Shown piece by piece: positions 29,079-40,300 of a stretch of DNA of 64,000 bases. Below the pieces are notes generated by a model, which ran no database searches, was not told the DNA's origin, and saw only the letters and a list, made by a program, of their open reading frames with translations. Position numbers and translations under genes: made by a program. Numbering within the stretch: the stretch's first letter is position 1; every line of letters begins with the position of its first letter. This DNA is from Hormiphora californensis (taxonomy: Eukaryota; Animalia; Ctenophora), in the NCBI GenBank assembly GCA_020137815.1, contig CM035357.1, forward strand, positions 4,588,001 to 4,652,000, in the 5' to 3' direction.

Positions 29079-31021
29079 TCATTTGCAAGATTTTTCTTTC
29101 ATTTGATAAGTCCTCATGAACCATTGCTCGCTAATACTAATTGGATGAGATACCTTCTCCTGGACCAGTGCCTCAATTGCTCCCTCCAGTTCAGGGTGTG
29201 CGAACTCAAACCCTGAATCAACTAGTTTACCAGGCGCCACCCTGGGAGAATCAAGAAGAATGTTATCTGCCCGTTCAGTCCCGTACATGAGTCTGAATAG
29301 ATTAGCAGGGGTGGATATTGTCTTATCACCGCAGATACACGCTTTGCCTGAAGAGAGGGTGGTATTATCCTCAAATTAAAACCTGGAAACCAGATTCCCA
29401 AACAGAGTATAATATATATGTGCTATAACACCGGTGTGTATCTGTATATCGCGCCCCGCGCGGGGTGCGATATGCACGCATATCGGCTCCTTGCGGAGCA
29501 AGGAGACGATATGCAATATATCGCCCCGAACGTAGTGAGGGCGATATATTTGATACACATAAGGTGTTATAGCATATAACGCCCACTGCAAGCAAGGAGA
29601 GAACAACACTAATCCCCTTTCAAGTTTTTCAACTCAATTTGACAAACTATTCAACATCATCAAAGTTTCACAGTTCAACAACAAATAATGACACAGCGAG
29701 AGAGAGGCAACACAACTCATGTCAACCCTTCAAATATGTTCCCTTTTCAACTCCAGACATGTCTAGACATGTCTAGACAATCACACACACACAAGCGAAC
29801 TATTGGGTGCTAATTAAATAGAGAGAGATAACGATTACCAATGTCTCTCTTGTCTCTCTCTCTTGTCGCCATTCTGCCGCCCCTTGTTGTGTCAATCTCT
29901 CTTTCTCTTTGAAACAGTGTGTACACAACATACACACACACAAAAGAAAGAGTTTTCACACCTTTTTGGGTGAATTCTTGCGTGTAATAAATTGCACTTT
30001 TAGAGCGGGAGTTATGAGATTTATCACCTCGGATTCAGTCATATCAGCCCGCTACCGCGCGGGTGTTATTTCTCCAAAAAATGCGCAGTGGGCGTTATAT
30101 ATGTACAACGAGCATGAATCAGTATACAAAATCGTGTACAAAGATCACTAACCCAAAGCATGTGCTAGATCGGTGTTAGTGTTAACATTTGGGGCGACGA
30201 CATTGACCGGTCCTGACATTCCCGTCTGTTCCATCATGGCCATAACGGCGGAAACTGCGTCATGGACGTGGATCCAAGGAAAGGGTTGTGTACCTGGGAT
30301 AGAGGAGAATATAGGGGGATTTAGTTGGAGGTGTTGGAGACTAAAAAGAAAGAGACTAGGCCATAGGTGGTGAAAACTAAAGGGAGAGAATATAGGGGTG
30401 CATATTTAGTTGGTGATAGCTGGTGTATTATAGGGAGGAATTAAGGGGGTAGATGGAATTAGTGGGAGGGAGGAATAGTTACACAGTTACAGTTGTCAGT
30501 TTGTTTGAAAAGTGAACAGTGCGGAGTATTTTAAGTACCCTAGCTCGTGTTGTACTTACCATGTCCCATAATAGTTGGTACGGTGTGAAGAGTCGCTGGT
30601 AATAACATTGACATGGGTTCTGTATCGTGAGCCAGAACCACGCCGAACCTTGCATTCACCAACCTAATTGGGAATAAACAAGAAAAACACGAGTTATGTT
30701 GGTACTAAGCTGTGAGAAATAAGTTACCGTAGCTTTAAAATACATTGGTAGGTATTCTTCATCAACCTAATTGGGATTTTAACAACAACAACAACAACAA
30801 CATTGGCTGGGTGGGAGACCGGGAGCTATTTACTTTATCATTATATATTACCTTGTGGGAATTTCTGATGGAAGTTGCGAGGTTTCCTCCCATTTTTTGC
30901 AGAGCTTTGTAAAGTAAGTGCTCTTTCCAGACGGTGTAGGATCGTCTGCTTCTGTGAACACTTTACTGTTTCCATTCTCATACACACCTGTTAGAGATCA
31001 GATAATGATAGAGTGATAGAG

Positions 31022-31065
<44 letters not shown>

Positions 31066-34000
31066 GAGAGATAGAGATAAAGATAAAGATAGAGAGAGAT
31101 TGAGAGATATAGATAGAGAGAGCGAGAAAGATATGAGAACTGAATGGATAAATGATTCATGAATTATGTAATTATATATAATTGCACGCTTGCATTTCAA
31201 AAAGCTTTATGAGAGGGAACCAATAGCCGCCTGCTAATATAGCATTGTTTAATAGGACAATACGAATAGTAAGAGCAACGAGAGTATTTGCAGGAGAGAA
31301 CGGGAACGGGAACAATACAATATTATATATAAGCGTGTGCATATAGGAGAGTTCTTAGAATTAGAAACGTCTTTGTAATTTATTGGTTTTATTTCACGCT
31401 GGACACTAACTATTCCCCGCATCTCTTTCCCATCGCTTGTACACTGTTTTCAAGAGGCCCAGGTGTACCCATTTTAATTTCTAACCATCCTCTGAATGAG
31501 CGTCGTAGTTAGCTGTATTTGTGTTAAATATTTAACTAATCTTTGGCAATCAAAAGTGATCAAACTCTCGTAATATTCGTCTTTTTTATTCTTCCTAAGA
31601 ACTGTATTATAATACTCTTCCAATAATGTAGCTCGATTAAGAAAATTACAGATCAGTGTTCACGCTATCTCTCTCTCTCTAAAGCATTAGAAAGATGAGA
31701 CCTATTACAATTATATAGCGCTTTTAATCTTCATAATTCGTATACAGCTGCAGTAGATGTCACAGATCCATATTATGTACATTTTAATCTCTATCCCTCC
31801 TCCCAATATTTAATAGTGGGTTATAATGGAAGATTTGCCCCTACGTCTACCTAAACGGTTTAGAATGCATCGTGGTCCACAGTATTTGACTATGTATTTG
31901 CATAACACATTCCATCTCTGTACTGTTTGTTGTAGAGATAGTGAAAATTAATTAAGGACATACCCAGTAATTTTATTCCTTATTGCTAATTAGTTAATTA
32001 GCCGTATGAGGAATAACATTTTGTATTTTGTGTGTTAGTTTTCTCTGTCTTCTTACTACAGCCCTCATAATTATGTATTCAGTATTGGCCGGTAGTACTT
32101 TTCTAAACCTGTTCTTTACAGCTGAGGTAGATGTCTCAAACAGAAGTCCTATTTGGCCGATTTATCCCATCTCTTGATATCGCTCTGGGGATTATATTCA
32201 TCCTCCTAACATTCCTCTCCTACGCCCTAAACCCCCTGGTCTTCCACTTCTACCTCCGCAAGGAACCCCACACCTCCTGCACACTCCTCCACATGGGGTT
32301 ATGTTTCTGGAACTTCCTCATAAACATGACACGACCAGTTGTTGTGGGTGCCAGTTTCTTATCACCAGCCTCCCTCAACGAGACCGCTGCTCCTATCTGG
32401 CAGACAGTCCTCACATCATGGGTTGTCATACCCCAAAATATGAGCTGTGTAATCTACGCTCTTCTGTCCATTGATCTGCTGTTGAAGGTGGTTCGGCCCT
32501 TTTACAAGATCCACAAACACCACCTTCAGCTGTATCATTGGGGTGTGTGTATGGTGCAGAGCTTTGCTCTGGCAACGGTCTATTTCATGGAACAGGGCGA
32601 TGTAAACTGGATAATGGCCATGGGTCATGTTTATCCACAACTTGCAGCACGGGATAAGCTCAGCAGACTTTTACTGATCGCGACACTGTTTGGAATTGGT
32701 TTCCTACACTCCGTTATCAGCTTTATTGTTACCATAGCAACCGCTGTCTCCTTAGCAACCCAAACCTTCCTATCACCAATAACGTCCAAATCTCTCCAAG
32801 TAAAGCTGGTTAAACTGTTCATTTTGAATTTTGGGAGCGTCACCTTTTCAGCATCCTTTGCCTTTGTCATCTACTCCCTGGGTAAGGTGTTTTCTCTCAA
32901 CATGGCAAATGGGGATCCGAGGATAGGGGAGGTTCGAGAGATGACGTTTTGGGGAACTCTGTTTGTTAGGACATGTACAGCTGCAATCGATCCCTTGATA
33001 CTCGTCCTGTTTAACCGTGTTCTCACCAAGAAGACACTTCGGCTGCTTTTCTTCCGCAAAGTTATTAGTATGAAGAGAAATAATAATTACACTATGGATG
33101 AGATTGTTCCAAACTAAAACTTGTGTTTTTGTGTTTTGTCTTAGCTTTCTCTGCCGAACCCTCACAGAGCATAAAATGCAGTGTGAGCTACACAAGGCTT
33201 ACCTACAGCGGATGCGGAGATGAAGCACTCAGGGGGCTCCGCAGAGGATTTTATGGCAGCAACGAGCTCGCTTGTAGGACCAATCCTGAAATCAATGTTA
33301 AATCAGTTTTATTATTTTTCGGCAGGTTCTATTTGAGTCGCCTCAATGAAATAAAGTATGAAAAATTCAAGCCTCTATCATGTTTCAAATCACGCTCAAC
33401 CACACACCTGCTACTTGTAATTATATCCCTTAATCCTCTGGTCCACAAACCAGGGGCTCCGATCGTATGTCCGGTGAGATTGATCACCACATCAGTCCCC
33501 AACGGTAAACCGTTTTTCTTGATATCTTTCTAGAAACCGAGGGAACGTTAGATTTGGACTGGAAAGTCAGAACAAAAGAGAGGCTTATTATAACGAGCGG
33601 ATGACAAAAATAATCTATGGATTTACCCAAGAGACACATCCTTGGGGAGGCTTAGTCCGAAACTTCTCTGGAGCTGCTTCCATTTGCCGTATCACTTTGG
33701 ACTCTCTTGCTTCCGATCCTAAAGTTCGATTTATCATTTTTTGAATTACAGTAGGACCCCGATTTAACGGTACCCCGATTTACCGGGAGAACAAACTTCC
33801 CCATTATATAATGTAGGAAATTAACAGTATTTGACCCCGATATACCGGGCAAAACCCTATCCCGAGCATCCCAGTAAATCGGGGTCCGACTGTACCAATA
33901 CAGGGTGTCCCACTGTCTTTGCATCACCTGCGATTTTGGGTCATGACCGGGCTCCATTAAACTAACCAAAACTCATCGAAAAATTAGTCAAAATGGTTCT

Positions 34001-35218
34001 AACAAAAACCAGTGTTCTAGAGAATTGTCTGGCGAACATTTTGGTTACAAGATTGACGTTCCAAGTCTTACCAATCGTCAGATATATCGTCCTAAAGTCA
34101 AAAATACGTGTTCAAGAAATCCGACCGGGGTTCACGTTTTGAAAAGTTCACAAATGCAAAGTTGCTCGGATCACATTGCATCCCTCATAAGAGTTGTGGG
34201 AAATTGTCTGGCGGTCATTTTGGTACCCGAGTTTTTGTCCTAGCTCAATGTTTAGAGTGTCTTATGACTGTCTAAAGACGAAATTCAACCAGCATTTTTG
34301 AGGGGATCACGTGTCATCAACAAATGGGTAAAATGATTTGAAATTTACAAGAGCTTCATTGGAATCGTCTAAGGTTCATTTTGATACCATGGTTTTTTCC
34401 ATAGCTCTACGTTTAAGCTACGTTATGACTGTAGGAACATGAAGATTTTTCTATGCTGAGTCTTAGTTGGTATCGGCTCACAACCCCTAATTAGGTGGCT
34501 CGGTGTCGTGTGTAATCCCATGATAATCAGCACATATCGTCTCAATTTCATCTAGGCACTTGACAGGGTTGTTATGACGATTTGGCAAGGCCCCTGTTAA
34601 TGTGTAGGATACGCAAGTGGTCTATCTCAACCCTATCATGCACTAAGATGTTATTCAAGCAGCTATGAGCTTCATAACAGGGCAAAATGCAATGCGATAC
34701 CTGAGATCACTTTTGGGAAAATTCCAGTTCTGACAGTCCTAAGACACTCTAAACATTGAGCTAGGATAAAAACCCGGGTACCAAAATGACCGCCAGACAA
34801 TTTCCTACAACTCTTATGAGGGATGCAATGTGATCCGAGCAACTTTGCATTTGTGAATTTTTCAAAACGTGAACCCCGGTCGGATTTCATGAACACGTAA
34901 TTTTGACTTTACGACGATATATATCTGACGATTGGTAAGACTTGGAAAGTCAATCTTGCAACCAAAATGTTCGCCAGACAATTCTCTAGAACACTGGTTT
35001 TTGTTAGAACCATTTTGACTAATTTTTCGATGAGTTTTGGTTAGTTTAATGGAGCCCGGTCATGACCCAAAATCGCAGGTGATGCAAAGACAGTGGGACA
35101 CCCTGTATAATGTTAACTCACGTGTTGCTATGGTAACATGGTGCCCTGCTTTGACCAGTCTATCAACAACATAGCGTCCAATCTGGCCACTTCCCCCTCC
35201 CACTAAAACTTTTTTCAT
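29079..35218 (-). CDS. SDR39U1: Epimerase family protein SDR39U1 / TIGR01777-like (multi-exon)
   Basis: Exons read MKKVLVGGGSGQIGRYVVDRLVKAGHHVTIATR, DVVINLTG, FISASAVG, LCKKWEE, RFGVVL, QPFPWIHVHD and LLDSPRVAPGKLVDSGFEFAHPELEGAI, the family pattern from the Rossmann motif to the DUF1731-like end. Confidence 0.85.
29400..30105. mobile_element. Intronic multi-hairpin interspersed element (unclassified); similar architectures at ~25753-25980 and ~59900-60562
   Basis: Nested stem-loops (TGCTATAACACC..GGTGTTATAGCA enclosing ATATCGC..GCGATAT hairpins) plus the IR ATATAACGCCCACTGC..GCAGTGGGCGTTATAT. Confidence 0.5.
32131..33117 (+). CDS. Intronless 7-TM class A-like GPCR nested antisense in an SDR39U1 intron
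   Basis: 328-aa ORF with seven hydrophobic segments. Degenerate motifs: TM1 LN, TM3 SIDLL (DRY position), TM7 DPLIL (NPxxY position). Confidence 0.8.
   Translation: MSQTEVLFGRFIPSLDIALGIIFILLTFLSYALNPLVFHFYLRKEPHTSCTLLHMGLCFWNFLINMTRPVVVGASFLSPASLNETAAPIWQTVLTSWVVIPQNMSCVIYALLSIDLLLKVVRPFYKIHKHHLQLYHWGVCMVQSFALATVYFMEQGDVNWIMAMGHVYPQLAARDKLSRLLLIATLFGIGFLHSVISFIVTIATAVSLATQTFLSPITSKSLQVKLVKLFILNFGSVTFSASFAFVIYSLGKVFSLNMANGDPRIGEVREMTFWGTLFVRTCTAAIDPLILVLFNRVLTKKTLRLLFFRKVISMKRNNNYTMDEIVPN
33749..33892. mobile_element. Abundant TA-flanked MITE family (TIR CAGTCGGACCCCGATTTA); other copies ~15640-15717, 22555-22620, 36960-37119, 37546-37717, 52800-52857
   Basis: TA|CAGT(A/C)GGACCCCGATTTA..TAAATCGGGGTCCGACTG|TA with internal CCCCGATTTACCGG repeats. 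Confidence 0.85.
33901..35105. mobile_element. Tc1/mariner-like non-autonomous element with ~370-bp TIRs
   Basis: TA|CAGGGTGTCCCACTGTC..GACAGTGGGACACCCTG|TA. Arms ~33901-34272 and ~34732-35105. Confidence 0.85.
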
Positions 35219-35420
35219 GGCCCTGCTAACTTATTACATTGCTGTAGAAATCAACATTGTAGAGGGACTCCAAAAATAAAAGACTAGACACAGTTATTAT
35301 CAAAATTTATAACACAAGTCACAACTCACAATCATCACCAAAAATTACAAAAGCACGTAAAAATCAACCAAAACACGTAAAAATCAACCAAAACACGTTT
35401 GAATATACTGAAAATAAAAG

Positions 35421-36914
35421 TTAAAACACTAAATCACTCCTCCAAGGATGAAGCTTATTCGCGTAAGGAGAGCCCCAATCCCTAGCAAAAACTTTTTCGA
35501 GCCGATCACAAATCCCACAACTACCCGCCCTCTGAATCACTGCACTTATTCCTGCCGTATTCACAAAATAATCCCCCGACCAGTTACTTGTTGACACAAA
35601 CACATGTTTATCGGTTACCACAAACTTTGCATGATTAACCCGGGCAAACTGTAGCGATTTCTGGGCGGGTGTGAATGTAGGTATTTCCATGATTCTCACC
35701 TCAACCGAAACACGGTGGTGGTTAGTGCCATTTATGGCAGCCAGACTCGAGAGGTAGTTATACATGTCTGGATTCGAGAGGTAGTGTTTGGGAAAGATGG
35801 AGACAAGGAGGGAGACCTTCACTCCACGATCAAAAGCAGCCGAGCGGAGAGCGTCATCAATTCGAGGCCAATAGTAGGGACTTTCCACATACATCACAAG
35901 AGGAAAGTAGTCCATTACTTCAATGGAAATGAACTTTTCAGCAGAGTTCAGGACATGCAGCAGCCCATCAATATCGTTAGTACGAGATTTGGTGCAAAAT
36001 GGTGGTGGGCTGGAACCCAGGAACAGTGAGATACCCTCCTTCTCCTGAGCAGGTTTAATGATCATAGGGTTTTGTAGATTGTACTGAGTGTCCCACATTC
36101 CAGCTGGTAGAGGGATGGGATGATCCGAGAAGTACCAGTAGACTTCAAACATCTTCTGCAAATCTTGGGCAATGGTAGGACAGTTCCGACCGAATAGCCC
36201 CATCTCTTTAACCTGCCGGAGACTCTGCCAATCCATGTTTGCTGACCCAACATAGAAATGAAGTCCATCAGCCACCCATAGTTTGGTGTGAATGATGCCT
36301 GACCCCAACAACTTAGCAACGTCTATGTATTTCAGATTTATTGAACCAGCAGCAGATAAATCAGCAGTATCCTTATCGGGGAATGAGGAATCGGGAGTGT
36401 TGTGGACTACTCGAATTCTCCCTCCTGATTTAGCTAAGTAGAGACCCTTATCATGAATTCCTTTGTAGACAGAAGCACCATCACTTTCAGAGCCGTCACC
36501 TGAGGGAATATTACGAAGTTTTAAAAAACAAGCAATGGAGTTACATAGCTCATAATCACAGCACTGGTAAGCGCCCCGGGCGAATAATAGAGATGAATGG
36601 TAACATACAATATGGTTCCACACAATATATATTGGTTACACACGAGATATATATGGTTACACCCCATTACACCTAATTATACCTGGCGGTTTGTCTGGTC
36701 GGAGGGAGAAGTAAAACTCAGCAATATTCAGTTCATCCTTAGCCAGATCAATCAACTTCAGCAAGGCAGCAGTAGTGGCAAGATTAGTGACTGGGTCAGT
36801 GAATGTTAGGTTATCAGGGATAGTTTCTACAAGTACCAACTCCTCACAGTCCCCCAACTTGGGTTCAATCTCCAAGGGTTGGACCACATGGAACAGAAGT
36901 AGGAGAAAGAGCAT
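35421..36914 (-). CDS. PLD3: PLD3/PLD4-like phospholipase D family protein (two exons: ~36682-36914 and 35421-36500)
   Basis: LVLVETIP N-terminal motif and two HKD motifs, IIHTKLWVADGLHFYVGSANMDWQS and VNHAKFVVTD..STSNWSGDYF. C-terminal FARDWGSPY. Confidence 0.85.
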
Positions 36915-37324
36915 AGTACTGAGAGATGGTGAAATTAGTGAATTTATTAATAAAGTCTGCCCTTTATCGGGCTGTTCGGGGAAAGGGTTTTGACCGGTAA
37001 ATCGGGGTGCCCGGTATATCGGGGTAAATTACCGTTAATTTCCTATATCGGGGGAATTTTATCCCCCCGGTAAATCGGTGTTCCGGTAAATCGGGGCCTG
37101 GTAAATCGGGGTCCGACTGTATATATAATTGGGATAGACGGTATATTGGTAGATCGGACTTAGGAGTCTGACTCCAATGTATCGAAACAAGAAAATAGAA
37201 AACACGATGGTTGGTGTCGGTGGAAATATGGGATGTATATATTACAAGATGCACAAATAAATGTTAGTCGTATGAAAATGAAGATTTAGCTCTCTCTCTC
37301 CCAGTCCATGAATATAACAACTCC

Positions 37325-40300
37325 TTATGCCAGACTATCTACTTCCGCTAGAATAGCTTTGGTCATGTCGTGAGTAGAAGCATTCCCACCAAGGTCGATA
37401 GTCAGACATGATCGTTTGTTCAAAACGTTATCTGAAAATAATGAGCCAGTTAGATAAAAGTTTGAAATCTTAGTTTCTCTACCCACAAAGCTTGAGGAAA
37501 AGTGATGTAATGCAGTACCATTTGATGAGCCCACTATATTATATACAGTCGGACCCCGATTTAGTGGCATCCTCGGGGAAAAAAATCCTGCCACTAAATC
37601 GGGGTGCCACTAAATCGGGGTCAAATAATGTTAATTTCCTATATATATCGGGGGGAAAAATACTGCCACTAAATCGGGGTGCCACTAAATCGGGGCCACT
37701 AAATCGGGGTCCGACTGTATACAGATACACATGTTTTTACCAAAAATTAACATTTTTATTAAAACGCACATAAATATCCCGACATAACATTTTTATCAAA
37801 ACGTACATTTATCCCGACATAACATTTGGCTATTATTGCCAAAATTTTTGAAGAAAAAAAGAGAGCGTGTTATGCAAATGGTGTGGCAAAAATGCAAGTG
37901 AATCATGCATAGCAGCGGTACAGCAGTTTAGGGGAGGATTATTATATATTAATTTACACCACAAATCTGTGTAAACCTCTGGCTACTGATTCTTGTAAAG
38001 AGTATCAAGCTCAGTCAGGAAGGCCCTTGTCATCTCTGGAGTGGTACAGGAGCCCCCGAGGTCCCGAGTCTGAACCTCCCCTCGGTTAATAACATTCTCT
38101 GTGGTAGGGTTAGTGATGCATTTAACATGTATCTTAACATGCTTTTACCATGTCTTAGAACATGTATTTTAAGGTCAGATGGTGATTGGGGGCAGATGCC
38201 GAAAGTTACTTTTTATACCCCTGGACCACCTCACCCTCTGGCCTTCACATGTTTCAGTTTTCTATATAGCCGGGGTAATACCCCCACCACCGCCCTACTT
38301 ACTGACTGATTTGATGAGAAGATCACCGGCCTCATGAAGCTGGAGGTGTTTCAACATGAAGGCGCTACTGAGGACCATGGCAGCCGGGTTAGCAACGTAC
38401 ATTCCCTTCATTTCCATCCAGGTATGCCTTGAGAGTGGGAGGTGTTGTTAGTTGCTTGACGGGGGTGTACGGACTGCTCAAGGGAAGTTAATCCATCCGG
38501 TAAATACTTTACATAACACTGAATAACTACCTGGCACCAGGCTCAAACACGGCAATGTCCTCTCCGTAACTCTTCGATGGTACAACACCGGCTCCTCCTA
38601 CTAGGCCAGCAGCCAGGTTCGACACCAGGTTACCGTACAGATTGGGCATAACCTGAGTAGGTCAGATTATTAGATAGCGAATAGTTATTTCTCGCTATAG
38701 GGTTGTTCAATCATTGATCGAGGAGGGGGGGTAGGGGGCTATAGAGATAAAAACAGCCGTTCTAGAACATACCAAATGACTGATTCTTAATTGAATACTG
38801 CTAAATCGTTGTTTTAGAACATACCATGACATCGAATTGCTGGGGGTTAATGACAAGTTGCTGACAAGTATTATCAACAATCTGTTCCTCGTACTCAATC
38901 ATTGGGTAGTCCTCGGACACCTAATCAGTAACGAGGGGATATATTAATTCCAAGTGGATCTAAGACAATTCGAATTAAGAAAGATTTGGGGAATAATCAA
39001 CTGAACTGAAGATACAGATAATACGGATTGACTTACCTCTTTGCAACAAGCTTTGAAAAGTCCATCACTGAGCTTCATGATATTAGCCTTGTGAATACAG
39101 GTAACCTTCTTCCTGTTGTGTTCCCGGGCATAATCAAAGGCAAACTTGGCAATTCTCATCGATTTTTCTCGGGTGATGATTTTCAAAGATTCCACAACAC
39201 CGGATACTGACTCGTGTTCGAGAGAGCTGTACTCGCCTTCTGTATTTTCTCGAATTGCAATCAGATCAATACCTTTGGAGAGAAACAAAAGTTAACAATT
39301 TAAAAGTTAACAATTCCTGGCTTTTACACCATCCCTTGCACCTCCAGGAGATCTCCCGGGGACGTCGCCCAGTTAACAATCCATAACTTTAATGTTAGAA
39401 AACACGCTAAGTTTTAACTTGAAACTTTGTACACATATCTGGCATAAGCTCAACAACATTGTGTCAAAATTTCAGAACCATTGGAATCAAGGTGCCGGAG
39501 AAATCTAAGATTTAAGACCCTCCCTTTTTATTGGCCCACGCGGCACGCGTTAGTACCTGTGTGGTGGGTTTGAATTCCTTCGAAGCTCATACATCGAACC
39601 ACGTTGGCGTAAACATCAAGGCCACCACGGAACTCGAGGTTGTGGTGTCGGAAATCAGCAGATCTGTTGATAACACCTGTAACAAGATTATTTGCGTTAT
39701 AATTTTCAAACGCTGAATTTCGCTGCCGGTGTCAAGCTGTGAAGAAAGGAAATCATGGCCTTAACTCGCGGTGGTAGCTGGCAAATAAATAAATAATGAA
39801 GATGGAGGTGATGATGGATAACTAAAAACAGTTCACGATACAATCTGTATTTACCTTTGAGTCCAACACCATTTCGTTTCAGTGACTTTATAGCATAATC
39901 AAATGATCCCTCATCCTTCATTTGTTCCCTGTTTAGCTCAATCTTCTCAAACTCAACAGGCACGGCCATCTCCTTGAAAATCGTGGTGACCGACTCTGCT
40001 AGTTCGGGGCCAACACCATCGCCTGCAAAGGGTTATCATGACATGAGAAAGATATCCATTGAAAAGTGGTATTGTATTGTATGTGCTGTGAATTAAGGAT
40101 CCTAAATCCTAGAAAATTTGTCCGAAAAAAGCGTGTCACACAGCTATAACAAATAAGCAAAGAGAATCCAGAACTATCTTTTTAGCCTCACCAGGAATAA
40201 GCGTTACCAAGGCTGGACCTTTCCTAAAGGCTGTCAAGGGATCGTCAAGAAACTGTTTTGAGCTAAATTGATTAACCAACCAAAGTAATATATATCATTC

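Noticed and set aside
35715-36319. ORFs overlapping PLD3 (and similar ones over the GPCRs, the CRE fragment and the kringle exon)
   Set aside because: Shadow or antisense frames of real coding sequence.
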